Source: Lytechinus pictus (taxonomy: Eukaryota). From it: a stretch of DNA of 64,000 nucleotides. The position numbers and the translations under genes were made by a program. The stretch spans positions 32,304,001-32,368,000 of the forward strand of contig NC_087245.1 of NCBI RefSeq assembly GCF_037042905.1. The letters run 5' to 3'. Shown one piece after another: positions 48,401-63,556 of the stretch (the first letter of the stretch is position 1; each line of letters starts with the position of its first letter). The notes under the pieces were generated by a model, which saw only the letters and a program-made list of their open reading frames with translations, was not told the origin of the DNA and ran no database searches.

Positions 48401-51400
48401 AAAAATAGGTTCTTTTTAAAAATTCTTAAAAGATGAAATGTTTTCTCGATACATGAATCTTGCCATATTAAACAATGAATATCACATTGTAGGTCCCTAC
48501 AATCTCTTCTTGCATTTACACTATAATTGTATTTTCTTTTTTATGTTGTTTAATTGTACTCTATTTTTTTCTGAATTCAAATTGTTTTGCATGATGGTGC
48601 CCAACCTACATGTTATTTTCTCAAACTTCCTGGGAGGCTCCTTATCCAATGTTTTTGTCTAAATCTGTATATTTATGTAATTTTATGACTGACTGACTGA
48701 AATAAACTTGAATTGAAATCAAACTGAATAAAAAGGATGGAAGGAAAGAATGATACTAATTTCTCGTACAGATTTTATTTAATCACGCGATTGTAAAACT
48801 TGATGCGCAACTTGCAAGACTCTATTTCATTTAGAACACACACACCTCCCTATTACTGTTCCTATAGAAAACTGTCAAAGATCGCAATTTATTGAATGGA
48901 TCTGAATTGAATTCTTATCCACAAATGTGATAGGCCCTTGGCCTTTGCTAGTCTCCTTATACTCTAAATTCTTATATGTTCATTCTACAAAATTATGTAA
49001 ATATTGAATTAAGGAGATTTTGAATAAGTAGAACTTCCATAAGTCGAATAATTGTCTAATTTAAAACAATTCCTGTATTAAACAAGTTTACAATCAACCA
49101 ATCAAATTGATATAAACCGTCATTGCATCATTGCTACTGTAACAACTTTTATGAAACAGGCCATAGATTATGCAAACATGTGTTAATAACATCTCCTTGG
49201 TCAAATTTCATCCAAGTCAAACAGATTTGTGAGGTCCGAAGAAATTCGACTTCGGAAGAGTTACTGTATATCTATCTCTATATTTTTTGGTAAATATTGT
49301 TTGTATTTAGGTCTCTTTTTAATTGAGGCTACGATATATTCACCTGGAAACCGTAATTGTTGAAGGCAATACTGAGCTCTCTTTACTTGGAGTAGGAACC
49401 TAAATACTTGATTGTAGATATCTAATGCATGGTGATGAATCACTATATCCACCGGCCATGGGACCTGTAAAAGAATAAAACCGGTACTGTTTAATCATTA
49501 ATGCAATAACACCAACCGGTGTGTTGGCTCAGTTGATAGAGCGTCCGTCTCACAACCGGGAGGTCAGGGGTTCAAACCCCGGCCGCGTCAAACCAAAATA
49601 CGTTAAAAGATGGGAGTTGCTGCTACCCTGTTTGGCGTTCAACGATTAAAGGGATAGAGCCTCATCGTTCTGGTGCTGCACAGTGGCTGCAGGGCCCACG
49701 GTCAATTGGGCAAAGCAAATTTTCAGAGTATTTAATTTCATGTCTATTTCGAAAAATAAAATATGGATTTTTATCATTTTTTCATCATTTTCATCATATA
49801 AAACATATGAAACGGATAAATTAACACATTACAGAAATCAGGCCAATACAATATTTTTCTTTTATTCAACTTTACAACTACAATTTTTTACAATACAAAA
49901 GAAGAATCACTCTTTCAGATAGGCTAATGTTAATTTCTAAAAACATTTTTGAAGACTTGATTGTTACTTTGGATATCTACGGAGAACCTTCCCTGGCAAC
50001 TCATTGTTGGTTTTGGGAGGGTAGTTGGCATTTACCTTATAATGCAAGGTGAGAGAGTCTAGTGCATGAATTGGTTGAGTAGCCATCTTCCCCGTCAGTC
50101 TCTCAGGCTCTACACTCACGATTATCCTAGTCAGAATTAGGAGACAAATTACATATCAAATGAGAATACAAGAAACTGTGTTGATTTTATTTGTAAATTT
50201 GTGTTGAATAATCATGTTCTTATATTCTTCATAAATACTTAATTATAAAAAAGAATTGTGTTGATATTTATCCTTGGATCACAAGTACTAACATTAGCTA
50301 GGTCAATTCCATATTTTCTTCAGGAATAGAAGCTCATAATGATTGTTTGGGGCCCATTTCATTAAGGACTTACAACTGTTTATGGCAACTACCATGGTAA
50401 CAGGGCTCAGCAGCCAATCACAATCAAGGTTTCCACGGTAGTGACCATGATTGCAAATTTACAGCAGCTGTATAAAGTCTTCATGAAAAAGGTCCCTGGT
50501 TAGATCTTTTCCAAGATTAAAAAAAAATGAAATTCATAGTTTGTTCTCAAAATATGCAGCTGAAATATTTGCCTCTGTTATGGCCAAATCCAACACATAT
50601 TGCTCATTTATGATAAATTTCAATTTTAAATACATACTGCAGCTAATATCAATATGATTCATACAATGTGCATATGATTCGATGGGAAATTGCTGCTTGG
50701 TCTACACCCACTTTGTCTTCTTGTAGTTTGGTCTCATCCCAATTGCTCTAATCCCAGTTCATTTTCAACTAAGTCCTTTACTAACCATGTTTGTCTAATT
50801 TTGTACTTTATAAACATACCTAGCAGCTTCTTCTGGGTACCTGACACTCAGTGTTTCTTGTAAATGGTAGTTGAGGTTTAGCGTATCCTGCCAAGACTCA
50901 TGCCGACGTATCTTATCAAACAGCTCGGAGTAGAAATCATACATCACATCACCGGCCTCAAGGAGAAAGAAACGCTGTTTAAAAAGAATTTCATGAAGAA
51001 CGAGAAAAAGAAATAAAATGCTGTTTAATGACAACAATAGACCAATTGACAATTGCATTCTGCACAGGAGCATTAAGAGGTCATTCAAGATAAACAATCA
51101 AGGTGGTTTTCAAAGTCACTGACATAAGCATTTGTGATTTGATGATTATTCATATATCCCTCTTAAGTAATTTCTGTCATCACATCCACTGAAAGAGTAA
51201 CAAAGTGTTTATAATCGTTAGTATTTGACAGTAGCTAAAATAATAGTCAATATACCAAAAGCAGACAAATTTCAAAGTCACTTGAAAGAGCAATCGTCAT
51301 GTAATTGATATTTTTTTATGATTATTGACTGAAAATTTCAATAAAAACAGTCATTTTGTGAACCATGGAGTATATTGGCAAAAGACACAAACATGGACAT

Positions 51401-54400
51401 GTAAAGGTTCCATAACGTTGGCTCCTCTGACAATTGCTCCTACTAAAAACGCACACATCAAGCCAAACCTAAATCCGAACTTCAAACTGAACTTAACTCT
51501 CGATCCTATTCCTCACTTCATTCTAACCCAAAATCCTATCACAATCATAACCTTCTAGACTGGATATAAGGAAATACTTCTTTAGCCAAAGGGTTGTCAA
51601 TCAATGAAATAAACTCCCACAGTCCACAGTTGAGGCACACATACTCCTGCATTTTAAGATACAATTATCAAAATTGGGTTTTTAAGTGGGCTCTAAGAGC
51701 CTCCTTAACCCTGCCACACTCATCTGTACACCCTCGTCGTGAAGATAGTGAGATGTGGCCATCAAGGAAACTTCAAGGTAACTTCACATTGTATCTTAGG
51801 AGAAATTAGCGGAGGAGTAACTGTCGCATGAGCGAATGTCTTGCTACATGAAATGTCTGTGGTCTTGGTGACACGGCAATTGCTATGGGCTTTATTTCGT
51901 CTAAGACATAGGGTTAGGGTTGCAATAGGGTTGCATGTTAGGTTTAGGATAGGGTATAGTAAAATCCAGGGTTGAATTTGGTCATTCCTTTGGTGTGTGG
52001 AATTTACAGCGGAGCAATTGTCGCCAGAGCAAATGTCATGGAACCGTGGTCTATCATGACAATGACAAATACTTACTCTAAGAGAGAGCAGATGATCTTG
52101 GAGGTTGAAGTCAGTTTTGAAGACAGTGGCTAACTGACAAAACACTGATTGACATCGACTAATGATGCCTGGGTAGAGGTCTCGGTATAATACCAACTCC
52201 AAGGGTTTCGACAAACTAGGAAAAACAAACATCAGTGTGAATGATGAATGATATAATAACAATTACAAAAACAACAATGATAATAAGAATAATAACAATA
52301 ATGATTGAATAATTCACCCTTTCAGAAAAACATTACAAACAAGGGATCCACACAAATGGTAATCCTCATGGATAAATGCATACACTCACTGGGAAAATCA
52401 TATTGTATTGAATCATTTTGATTTCTGTACTTACCATACTGAAAAGTTGTTGTATTAGGTGGTTGAATCAAATATAAGAGCTGTAATTATTGCAGCTTGT
52501 AAAATTTTAAACATGATATGGACATATATAGAAAGAATTTTCTAGTTTATCTAATACAAAAGAGTAAAGAGAAAATTAATTCTGACGATTGTTCAGTGAA
52601 ATGATATAAATATTCAACACATGTATCACACAAAGAGTTAATTGGCTAAGCCCCAAAGATGCAGCTGTACAGGTATTTTCAGTGATTTGTCAGTCACCAA
52701 ATTATAATTTACTCCCAATAAAAGCTCATGAGGTTTCACAAGAGGTCAATAGATATTCATTTGACGCGACCCGTTAAAGATGGATTTATATACCGCCTTT
52801 TCAAGAGGATACAAACTTTGTATAAAGTGGATAACCGTTATACTTATATTGGCGTGTTTTCAAATGCTTTTTCAAGAGGCCAAGTGTGGTAACTTTTTGT
52901 GGAGTTGGATGGAGTTTGTTCCAAAGACATGGGGCAAGGGATTGAAAAGAATTGAAGCCAGCCTGTTTTCTGGATTTGGGAATGGCACAGAAAGGAGTAG
53001 ATGTAGAACAAAGAGAGCATGTGGTTCTCTGTTGCTAAAGGCGTGAAGAAAGTGAGAAGGAAGTGAGGTTGACAGAGATTGTAAGTATCAACAAGTATCT
53101 TGTCAGGAACGGGATGAAAAATGAAGTTCATCATATCCATAATGCCGATCACTGGGCAAGATGCACCACCAAGTACTCACTTTGGGTTCCTGTCTATCCC
53201 TTCTTCAACTTGTCTCTGACCTTGTCTTGCATTATCGGGATCGGAAGCAGCGTGATTGATCCCATGGGCTATCAGGGGATCGTTGAAGCCCCGGAGGGAT
53301 AGTTGCCTCTGAACCATCTCAGCAACGTTATCTGAGGTTGGGCAAGGTGCCTTGGTGGTGTCTGGCTTCCTTGTCTGGGTATCCTTGAGCATCCCTTGGA
53401 GTATTGCAGGCCTGGATAACTGGAATAGCTCTGTAAAGCGAATAATAACAACCAATGTCAAGGACCGACACATGCTACATAGAAATGTCACAGACATGGT
53501 AATTCAAAACAAATTGTGCTTTCCAAGTACTTCTTGCATAAGTCCGATGGACTTGCATGATGGACAGCTTATTATTTGCAAGTAAATAAGCCTTTAACAA
53601 ATTCCATATAATTCAATCTCCCATGATTCAGGAGTTTTCTGTTTATCTAATTTTACACCTCCTGAGCTGAAGACCATTTGATCTCAGCTCATAACCGAAT
53701 GGACAACCCTTCTGTCCTAACCTTATATATTTCATGACCTAAACGATCACCAACCGTGACTTCAAGTTTTATATGGATACTCTTTGTAAGGTGAATCCTT
53801 CTCTTTAATGGAGTGACCCCTTGATGAGATCTGAAAGTGTTGGGGTTTTCTGTGATAACCTTACCTCCTAAGACATCCTGTCTTGCTCTTGTCAGCTTGC
53901 CTGTCGCCTCAAGGATCTCCATAGACTTCCCTGCTAACAGAATGTGTGACAGGACAGGCTGAAGGAACTCGGGTACTGCGTTCGGCACGCTCTTCTTGAC
54001 TGATGATTTCCGCTCTCTCTTGGTCTTCGCTGGCACGGAAAGAAGAGCCCCATCTGTGTCGTCCCTTGGTAAGGTTTGTAAGCTGAACGCCTTCTTCCAG
54101 TAGCTTTCTGATTTGATGTGTATCTCCGGGTTCCTTCAAGTAATTGAAGATTTAGTTTGAATTTTCCAGGAAACAATTTCATGAAGAGACACTAAAGCAA
54201 TAGTACATAATGGCCAATCAAAATAAAAAGTTTAACCACAATTTGTAGGGAATGATACTGTCTTGAATGAAACATTTGATGCAAAAATTTTGAGATAATA
54301 TCAACAGTATCAATTAATATCAATCATTTTTTAATAATGCAGGTCGCCCGAGTCATCCCGTTTTTCTTTTACTGTTGACCGCTCAGCATTAAAAAAAAAA

Positions 54401-57400
54401 AAAACCTAAGGAACCTAAAACAAAGAACTACATAAGAAATTCAGCGTCACAAAAGACTAAGCATTACTAACTAAGCCAGGATTAAAATGTTTCGGGCCAA
54501 TAAATTCAAGCAAGAAAATTGAGGAATCCTGCTTCATACTACTATTTTTTTACTTGTTTGACCATGGTCTGGAAATAACAGTATCACGTGAAAAATTTGA
54601 TATATAGATCTAGATAAGGAAATAAAGGCCTAATTGGTTGATAATTCATAATCTTTGGTGACACTGAATTTTTCATGAACTTCTTTATTTTTGGGGTGCA
54701 CCGGTGGACCGCCCGTTTCAACTAAGGCCTACCCTAAACAATTAAGTGCATTCTAGAAGGATGTGGCTCACCTGCGAATGGCAAACTCTCGAGCAGGGTC
54801 AGATAAGATCCCATGCTGTAACCATTTAGTGATGAAGCTGGTGTAAGGCCCCGCTGTTACCGTCCATAGATGCCACAGGAGATCAAGCTAGGAGAGTAAG
54901 CGTAGTAAACACCATTTTGCAAGTATCATTGAGAGTACCTTGAAGCCCTCAATGATACATTTCCTACAATAGTATACAAATATTGACTGCTTTTTAGGGC
55001 AATATTAAAACTATACTACTGCCCCAAACTGATCTACAGGCCTACCTTTTCCCCTGAGACCGAAGGTCAAGGGAAAATAGTACACTATTACAGTCTCAAT
55101 TTCATTGAGTGAGAGTTTTTACTATACCCGAATAAAAGGGTAGTCAATATTTGTTTTATAAACCAATTATTTTCTGAGCAGGGCAATAGTAAAAGTTATT
55201 GCTCTGCTCAAATCATGCCAATCCATTTTGCACATACTGGCAATTTGTACAAACTATCACATATATTTAAATAATTACAGGCATATCAGGAAACTGTTAT
55301 ATTACAAAGATATATACTTATTGTTGGATAGTTTATGCAATCTATGAATGAATTATTATCATTAATATAATTATTGGCATGACAACAAAATGCAATCATG
55401 AAATATAACTTCATAGATGCATCAATTTTTCATCCTTTATTTACCTCTTTCTTGTCTTGGAAAGCAAGGCAAAACTGTTCTTTGATGGCCATATGAAGAA
55501 CATGAAGCAACGTATAGACCCTGTGGGCTGAAAGATCCTCAGAGGGACCTTCTATGCCTTGTTTGTACATGGTGTGTGCTAGGTGAAGTCTTTGACCCCA
55601 TGTGGACAACAGCCAGTCTTTGAACATACACAGTGTATAGGTCTCATCTAGAAAAGAGCAGAGAAAATGTGTAAGGTGCAAGCGATGACAGAAGCAATGA
55701 CGAGACTGGTTGGGATGAAACAAATTTGGAAGATATCATGCTTGTACCACAGAACATCTACTGGACATCAAACTCTGTCCAAATGAAGAGTCTTTGACCT
55801 GTATTTTGAACTACAGTTAACTTAAACCATAGTTTAATTATAAAGAGCCAGATGTTACACAAATCTTTAATATTGCAGGCTCAACTTATCAGCTTATTTT
55901 ACACTAATATCATTCAAAACTGTCTGGAAGTGATAACTGAAACAATTTTCTCCACACAATCTACGATGTCATTATTGGCTTTTAATGATCAAGTTCGAAT
56001 TCAATCAATTGCACACTTCATGAGATAAGAGGCAAGTGGATGCAAATTAAAGCCCTTTTTCTGGATTCCCCTTCATACCTTGAGCAACGACCTTCTTCTC
56101 CACCTCTATGAGTGAGTTTCGGAATTCCTGGAGAACCGTTGCAAGACCGTCAGCAAATGCTTCGTAGGTCTGGCAGTTGTAGCGCTTTTTCACTGCAGAA
56201 TCCTGGACCTTGGCATCTCTGAGGATATCAGGAAGCAACTGAGTTTTGCCTGGACCTTCTGGCTTGGTGTCGGTCGCCGTCAAAGGGTCGGCCTGGGGAT
56301 CTTCATTGGCTAGTTCTAAGAAGAATATTTGGGATGACCGGTGGAAATGAATTGATCAAAAGTTCAGGAAAAATTCTTGATATTCCAGTGACAGTACAGC
56401 TTTGCAGAATATCTATTATTGGGTGCCAATTGGCAAAAGTGCTATGCCGAGAGTTAATTAGATTTGGTTACTCTCAAAACATACATGTGTGTACAAATAA
56501 TGCCTTCATAAATTGAAATATCAGATAATTCATCACAAAACATAAAAAACAACATGAATGTTGGAACAACCATAACAATGATTTAGTAAATGAGTGATTG
56601 TTGGAGATGTGAACCTGTCAAATACAAGTTCAATGCTGACCTACCAAGACATGATCCAGCCAACCTAAAGAGCAGGGGCAGATTTTGGATCTGAATATAG
56701 AGGCTTAAGCCAGCTTTCCAAGGCGTCCATAACTATAAGCTTTACATAAAGAAATTACCTTTTGGTGACTCTAGTTCCTTCTCTGAGGAGATTGATGGGT
56801 GGCAAGGTTTCCGAGGTGTACAGTAACTCATTGGATTGGACTGCACCCTGTCAATGAATGACTGTAACTGGAGTATCTTTGTGCCTAGTTCAGCCAGCTG
56901 TCTGGTTATACCATGTAATGAAGTCTGTAATGAGAGTGGGGGGTGGGTGGAGGAGAGATAGAGAGAGGGGGGGGGGGTTTATACGGATAGAGAGATAAGT
57001 CGTCATGCTTGGTTTCTGTAAACAGCCGATATAAATTAGCTTAATATAAGTACAAATGAATCTTCTTCATTTGCTTATCAAAATTTGAAGTTTTAAAGTT
57101 AAATAAAGATCCAAGAGTTCTTTGACACCACTTTTTTTTCCTAGACTGCTAAGAAGTTTTACCAAGATTGTACTGTGTGTGCATCTCTAGCTTGACTGAA
57201 TCCTGAACTTCAAGCATTTTCCCTTCTTACTCTTTGAATCTCTCTATGAATTTCTTCTACATTAAATAAATGAAGTACTTTGAGTGGGGTAGTGTTGATA
57301 CATTTAAACAAGTTATACATCATTTTGAAGCTTCAGATGTGTCATTTTCATATGTATGGCAATAGCCCAAAGACAACTTACAAAGTCCCATCGAGAGTCA

Positions 57401-60400
57401 GGGAGTGATCTTCCAAAGAAGGAACATAGTCATTATTTAATAAATGAATGATGCAGTATTTGGTCAATGAATATACATGTACAGTAGACTCTGCATTAGT
57501 CATCCTTCTGTATGTCAAACAATAACCTAACTCAAAGCATTATTTCAGACCAGATTATGCAAAACATGTGTTAATAACATCTTCTAAGTCAAATTTTGCC
57601 AAAACAAAACACATATCTGTTGTCCAAAGAGATTCGACTTAGAGAGAGTCTCCTACAGTCCAGTATGGTGTGTTGGCTCGGTTGGTAGACCAAAGACGTT
57701 AGAAGATGGGACTTGCTGCTACCTTGTTTGGCATTCAATGATGTAAGGGTTAGAGCTACATTGATCTGGCGAAATGAATTTTCTATTTTTAACAATAAAA
57801 ATATGGATTTCATTTTCATTTAGATTGAATAATAATACTGAAATGATGAAAATGAAATGATGCAGGAAAAAGAACACTTTGCTGAGCTATATTGCACTTA
57901 CAGGAGTGAGATGTGCTACTTGAACATCGTCCCTTGCCACGTGACAATCATCTCTCTTCTGATAAAGGAACGATCTACCAGCTCCTAAAAGCATCCTGTA
58001 TAAACACACATTACAATTTGAAACTGATGTAGCACTTATATCCTGGAGGACAGGATAAATCCATACATAGAATCAAATCCTTTGAATCAAAACTGCCAAA
58101 ATATTTACTTCTCTCGCAAAGCTGTGTCTTGTACTTGGTGAGGTATTCCCATTGCAACATCTTCAAAATTTCTCTGCGACAAGAAAAACTGTTTGGGTCA
58201 ATGCAATCTGGTTAAGAACTCTCTTGCAAGTTGCAACCTTTTACAAAGATTTTGAAACCTTCATCTTAAATGTAAATGCCAGTTGTGGGAATGATCAGAA
58301 AATGAGTTCAAACGAAATCAAATGAAATTAATATGAAATTAATATGTATGAATTAAAAATATGTGCCAAATGATTCTGCTAGAAAATTTGTAATTGCTGA
58401 GAAATGGCCAAAACATGCAAAGCATCCCAGCCAGGGTGCTGTTTCATAAAAACTTATAACAACAAATTCAAAATTTCTGTAACAAATTTACTATCAGCCA
58501 ATCAGATTGAAGGATTTCAGCAGCTTTTATCTGTTATTGCTAATTTTTTAAAATCATAACAAGTTTTATGAAACTGGCTGCTGATGTCGGGTATTTTTCC
58601 AATAATAAATAATAATAATGATGATGATGATAAAAATAATGATAATAACAACAATAACAACACACTGTCCCACATGTGCTAATATGTGTTGGTGGTCTTC
58701 AGTGTGGTCATATGCATGAGTCTTCATGATTCCACAGGGTTACATTTATAAATGTAAATATCAAACCAGATCTAGATCTACCATATTATGGGGATAACTC
58801 ACCTTTGTTTTTAAAAGACTTTCTCATGAAATTATTTTTTTGCTGACTCTACTTTTTATCAAGTTATAACTTACCATATACTTTCTCTGATGATCTGTGT
58901 TTCTGTCATGGTAGTTCTTGGTATGTCAGAAATGAACGGTTCACTAGAAACCTCCCTTTCACACCTGGGAAGGAGAACAAAAGTACGTAACAGAACAGAC
59001 TGACCATGTCAATAATGTGCTAATAATTGGAAAAGTTGGAAGAAAATTTTCTCTCTCCCTATTTAATGGGAATGATAGACAACCCAACCACACCTGAATA
59101 ACTGGCACACTTGTACATGTTTATATACATATTGGATCGTTGTGGCCCAGTGGATTAGTCTTCTGACTTTGAAACAGAGGGTCGTGGGTTCGAATCCAAG
59201 CCATGGCGTAATTTCCTTCAGCAAGAAATTTATCCACATTGTGCTGCACTCAACCCAGGTGAGGTGAATGGGTACCCAGCAGGATTAATTCCTTGAATGC
59301 ACTGAGCGCTGAAAGACAGCTCGAGCTAAAACCGGGGTAATAATGATAACAACAATGCGCATCGGAATAGATTATTTCTAGATAGATGGCGCAATATAAA
59401 TGCCTATTATTATTATCATTTAAATACAGAAAATTATGTCACTACAGAAAGAAAAGCAAAAGAAAATTAATACTGATAATAAAGAAAAAAAAGATGGAAT
59501 CTCGGCACATACATTTCTAACATTTTCAAATAATGACCTCTGACCTTTTGACCCCTAAATCTAATAATACATGTATCACCAACTTTCAAATAAGCAAACA
59601 TGAACCAGTTTGAACTTGATCGCTCAAACAGTTCTTGAGTTATTATAAGAACAACATATTTCAATGTATGTAATAACCTCTGTGATCTTTGACCTCATGA
59701 CCCCAAAATATTATGAGAGCATCGTCCTCCCTATTAATATAAATAGGAATAGAGAAAAGTGTTCAGTGAATTTCTATGAATGTGCAATTTGACAAATGTA
59801 ACACAGAGTTAATTGGATGAGCCCCAAAGATCTGTACAGATATTTTCACTCCTTTTCACAGTCTGGTGCCAGCACATCTAAATCTACATCCAATATCAAA
59901 GCTCATTACAGACAAAACATAAGGGGGCTCTTACATATAGGTGGATTAAATTAAGCTAGAGCGCTGACTCATAGCAAATCGCGCACCGATACTGGAGATC
60001 GTCCGCCATTACCAAACCGGGCAACTGTGAGGGTATCCGGGCAGCTGCGTCACAGCAAAGTACACACACCAACCGCAGCCAGTACATTTGAATGGGAAGA
60101 TAATCGTCATCTAAAAAAGTATCAAAATGTCAGAATCTTGTGCAACTGTAGGTTGCAACAACCAGAGAGTAAAAGGAAATGGATTATCTTTTCATAAGTA
60201 TTTCATACAGCGTTTTAAGCCACAAAACGCTGAAAAATGATACAAAATACTCTTATTTTGGGTAGATCTCCCGAGATAGCCCCGCACTTTATTTATTAAT
60301 TATGAGTAGGATGGGGGGGGGGGGGTTGGGTGTCTGGACACTTCAAAATTTGAGGCATCCTCTTTTGTCTTTGGATTCTACAAAAAATATGAATTGAAAA

Positions 60401-63177
60401 ATTGTCGTCGTCATCAGTGCTAGTCTGAATTGCCAACCAGGATTTCTATCTGAAGTCAGAGAACATTTGGAAGAGACAAAATCCAAAGACCCTCTCAAGA
60501 AACACTGCACTCTCATGTTTGATGTAATGGCCCTCAAGAAGGAAACTGTGTAAGATCCCCAAAACTATGCAGGTTTCGTCAATTGTGGAAAGTTCCTCTC
60601 AGCATCTGAGGATAGTCTTGCCACAGAAGCAATCGTCATCACAGTAATTGGTTCAACTGATAACTGGAAATTTCCAGTAGCTTACTACTTTCTGGTGCTG
60701 CGCAAGCTGAAATTGTGAAGCAACTGATTTGCGCATTGACAGAGGCAGATATGGTTGTGCATGGTGTAACATGCGATGGCAACTATGCCAACCAGGCTAT
60801 AAAGCAACGTTATTGAGCTGCTCTCTCAATCCTGAAGATACGAAATCTTTACTACTTCCCACACCCTCCAGATCCGAATTAAAAAGTAAATTTCATATTT
60901 GATGCACGTCATCTTGCAAAACTGGTTAGAAAATGTCTAGCTACAATGGGAACAAACTTTCATGATGGAGAAGAAATGAAATGGTCGTATATTGAGAAAT
61001 TGAACAAGGTGCAGCTGCAAGACGATCTGAACCTTGCCAACAAACTTAGTCTAAACACATTCAGCGGGAGCAACATAAGACAAATGTGAAAATAGCGGTG
61101 CAGGCACCGAGTTTGTTGGTTGCTGATGAGATTGACTTTTTGAAAGATGACTTGAAAGACTTCGCAGGGAGTGAGAAGACAACAGATTTCATACAGAAAG
61201 TTGACAAACTATTTGACTTCTTTAATTAAAAGAGTCCAAAGGCAAAAGGCTACAAACAACCTACGCGTTTGTCAAACTTTTCTAACAGAGAGAAGTGGCT
61301 TCTAAAGACAAAGAAATACCTGAGTGAGTTGCAGGACGCTCAAGGCCAACCTTTGGTTAAAGGTCGCAGAAAAAACGCATGGCTCGGCTTCATGGCCAAG
61401 ATCGATTCAGTACAGCAGGTGTGGGAGGATCTTCTGACAAGGACCCAACCATTTTGCTACGTAAGCACATTCAAGATGTTACAAGATCATCTTGAAATGT
61501 ACTTCAGGCGGATTTGTCATAGAGGAGGGTGGCATAACAACCATAGTTGCCTCCAATTTAAATGGGCAATTCTGAAGAACTGTTTCGTGACCACGATAGA
61601 TTCAGCACAGCAGGTGTGGGAGGATCTTTTGACAGGGACCCAACCATTTTGCTACGAACGCACATTCAAGATGTTATAAGATCATCTTGAAATGTACTTC
61701 AGGCGGATTCGTCGTAGAGGAAGGTGGAATAACAGCCCTAGTTGCCTCCAATTTAAATGAGCACTATGAACAATCCTGATGAAGAACAAAGTAACACCTT
61801 CAAGTATTGCTACTGCTATTCAAATCGACGAACCTATAAAAACCTTATTCACAGAGAAACGTTCAGCAGCAGTGTCTCACAACAATAAAGACATGCAAGC
61901 ATTTGCTAAGTTGATTAGCAAGCCAACAAAATTCCTTGTCCATGTTTTACATTACCTTTCAGGGTACTCTAGTAGACACATTATTCAAGAATGTAAATGT
62001 ACGAAATGTTGCATGGCTTTGCATAAAGATGCTCCCAATGCTGTTGACACCAATGAAGGTTTGTTCACCTAGAGAAGGGATCGAGGTGGTCTTATCAAAC
62101 CATGATAAGACATTTTCAGAATTGTGAAAATTACAGATATGATTTTTAGGTGGGTATACATGCAGTCTTCTAACATGTGCATAATCTTTGGTTTCGCTTT
62201 GTTTAATATTTTGGTACTAAATTTATTTCATTCCAATTGTTTTTTTTTTAAACAAGCGTGAAGCGCGAGCTGAAGTTTTCGTCAGATTTAGAGTTAAAAA
62301 CAGAACATTCAACGTAATGTGACCATGAAGAATTTGGGCATAGATCTAACCAACTGTTGCAAGTTGCAAGACTGGAACCTCAAAAAACGAAAAGTTCTCT
62401 CCTTTTACCCCCGTCTCGATCGGCCATTTTTGTTATGAATCGTAACAAATGGCCGATCGAGACTGTGGTAGAAGGAGAGAACTTTTCGTTTTTTTGAGGT
62501 TCCAGTTTGTGCCCAGATGTCAGGAAACTGCCACTCGTTAGACCTTCATCCATATAATCGTGGTAAGTGCATAATTTCTGTTTTCACAATTCATTTGGAG
62601 AAATATTTAGACCATAAATCACCCTTGTCCCGTGAGTATGGTCAAATACACGGTAAGCCCCTGGGCTCCCGCCCGCGCAGCGGGCGGGAGCTCCCTGGGT
62701 TAGGGAATGGCAGCCAGTTTACATGGTAGGCACAGCGCAGCTCCGTGCATGCTATTATGACTCAGTGCTCTAGCTTTATTTTAATCCACCTCTATGGCCT
62801 CTTACCACTGCCTGGTCATGTGATGTGTCACATGATCACTATGGAGTGTAGAGTCTTGCTCCCCCTGCCAGTACTGTATCACCACACTGTCACTAAGCTC
62901 TGCCCAACCTGTTCCATACAGTTTGCTGCTTCCAGGGACTCTTGAAGAGGTGTGGTGATGAGGCTCAATCTGAAGGACTCCCTCTCTTGTCAGACTTTGA
63001 TCAGCAATAAAGACTTCTTCTTCATCTGACCACTCCTTTAAAAAAAAGAAAAGGTATTCCTGAAATATATTTGTATTAATATGTAATGCTACTATCTATT
63101 ACTACTACTCCTACTCCTACTAATACTACTACTACTACTACTACCACTATTACTACTACTTCTACTACTACCACTAT

Positions 63178-63219
<42 letters not shown>

Positions 63220-63283
63220 TACTACTACTACTACCAATAGTACTATTTCTTCTTCTACTACTACTACTACCACCAGCACAAGC

Positions 63284-63341
<58 letters not shown>

Positions 63342-63428
63342 ACTCTACTACTAACTCTACTACTACTACTACATGTACTACTACTTCTACTACTATTTCT
63401 TCTACTACTATTACTACTACTATTTCTT

Positions 63429-63518
<90 letters not shown>

Positions 63519-63519
63519 G

Positions 63520-63556
<37 letters not shown>

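Noticed and set aside
49515..49590. tRNA genes at SINE heads (also 59134, 46488, 19470)
   Set aside because: A/B boxes run into repeat bodies and simple-repeat tails, and the acceptor stems are not convincing.
51404..52045. TTAGGG-like / cctaac runs as interstitial telomere
   Set aside because: Degenerate 6-mers lie within two copies of a small TIR element (ggttccat..acaattgctcc); this is not a telomeric array.
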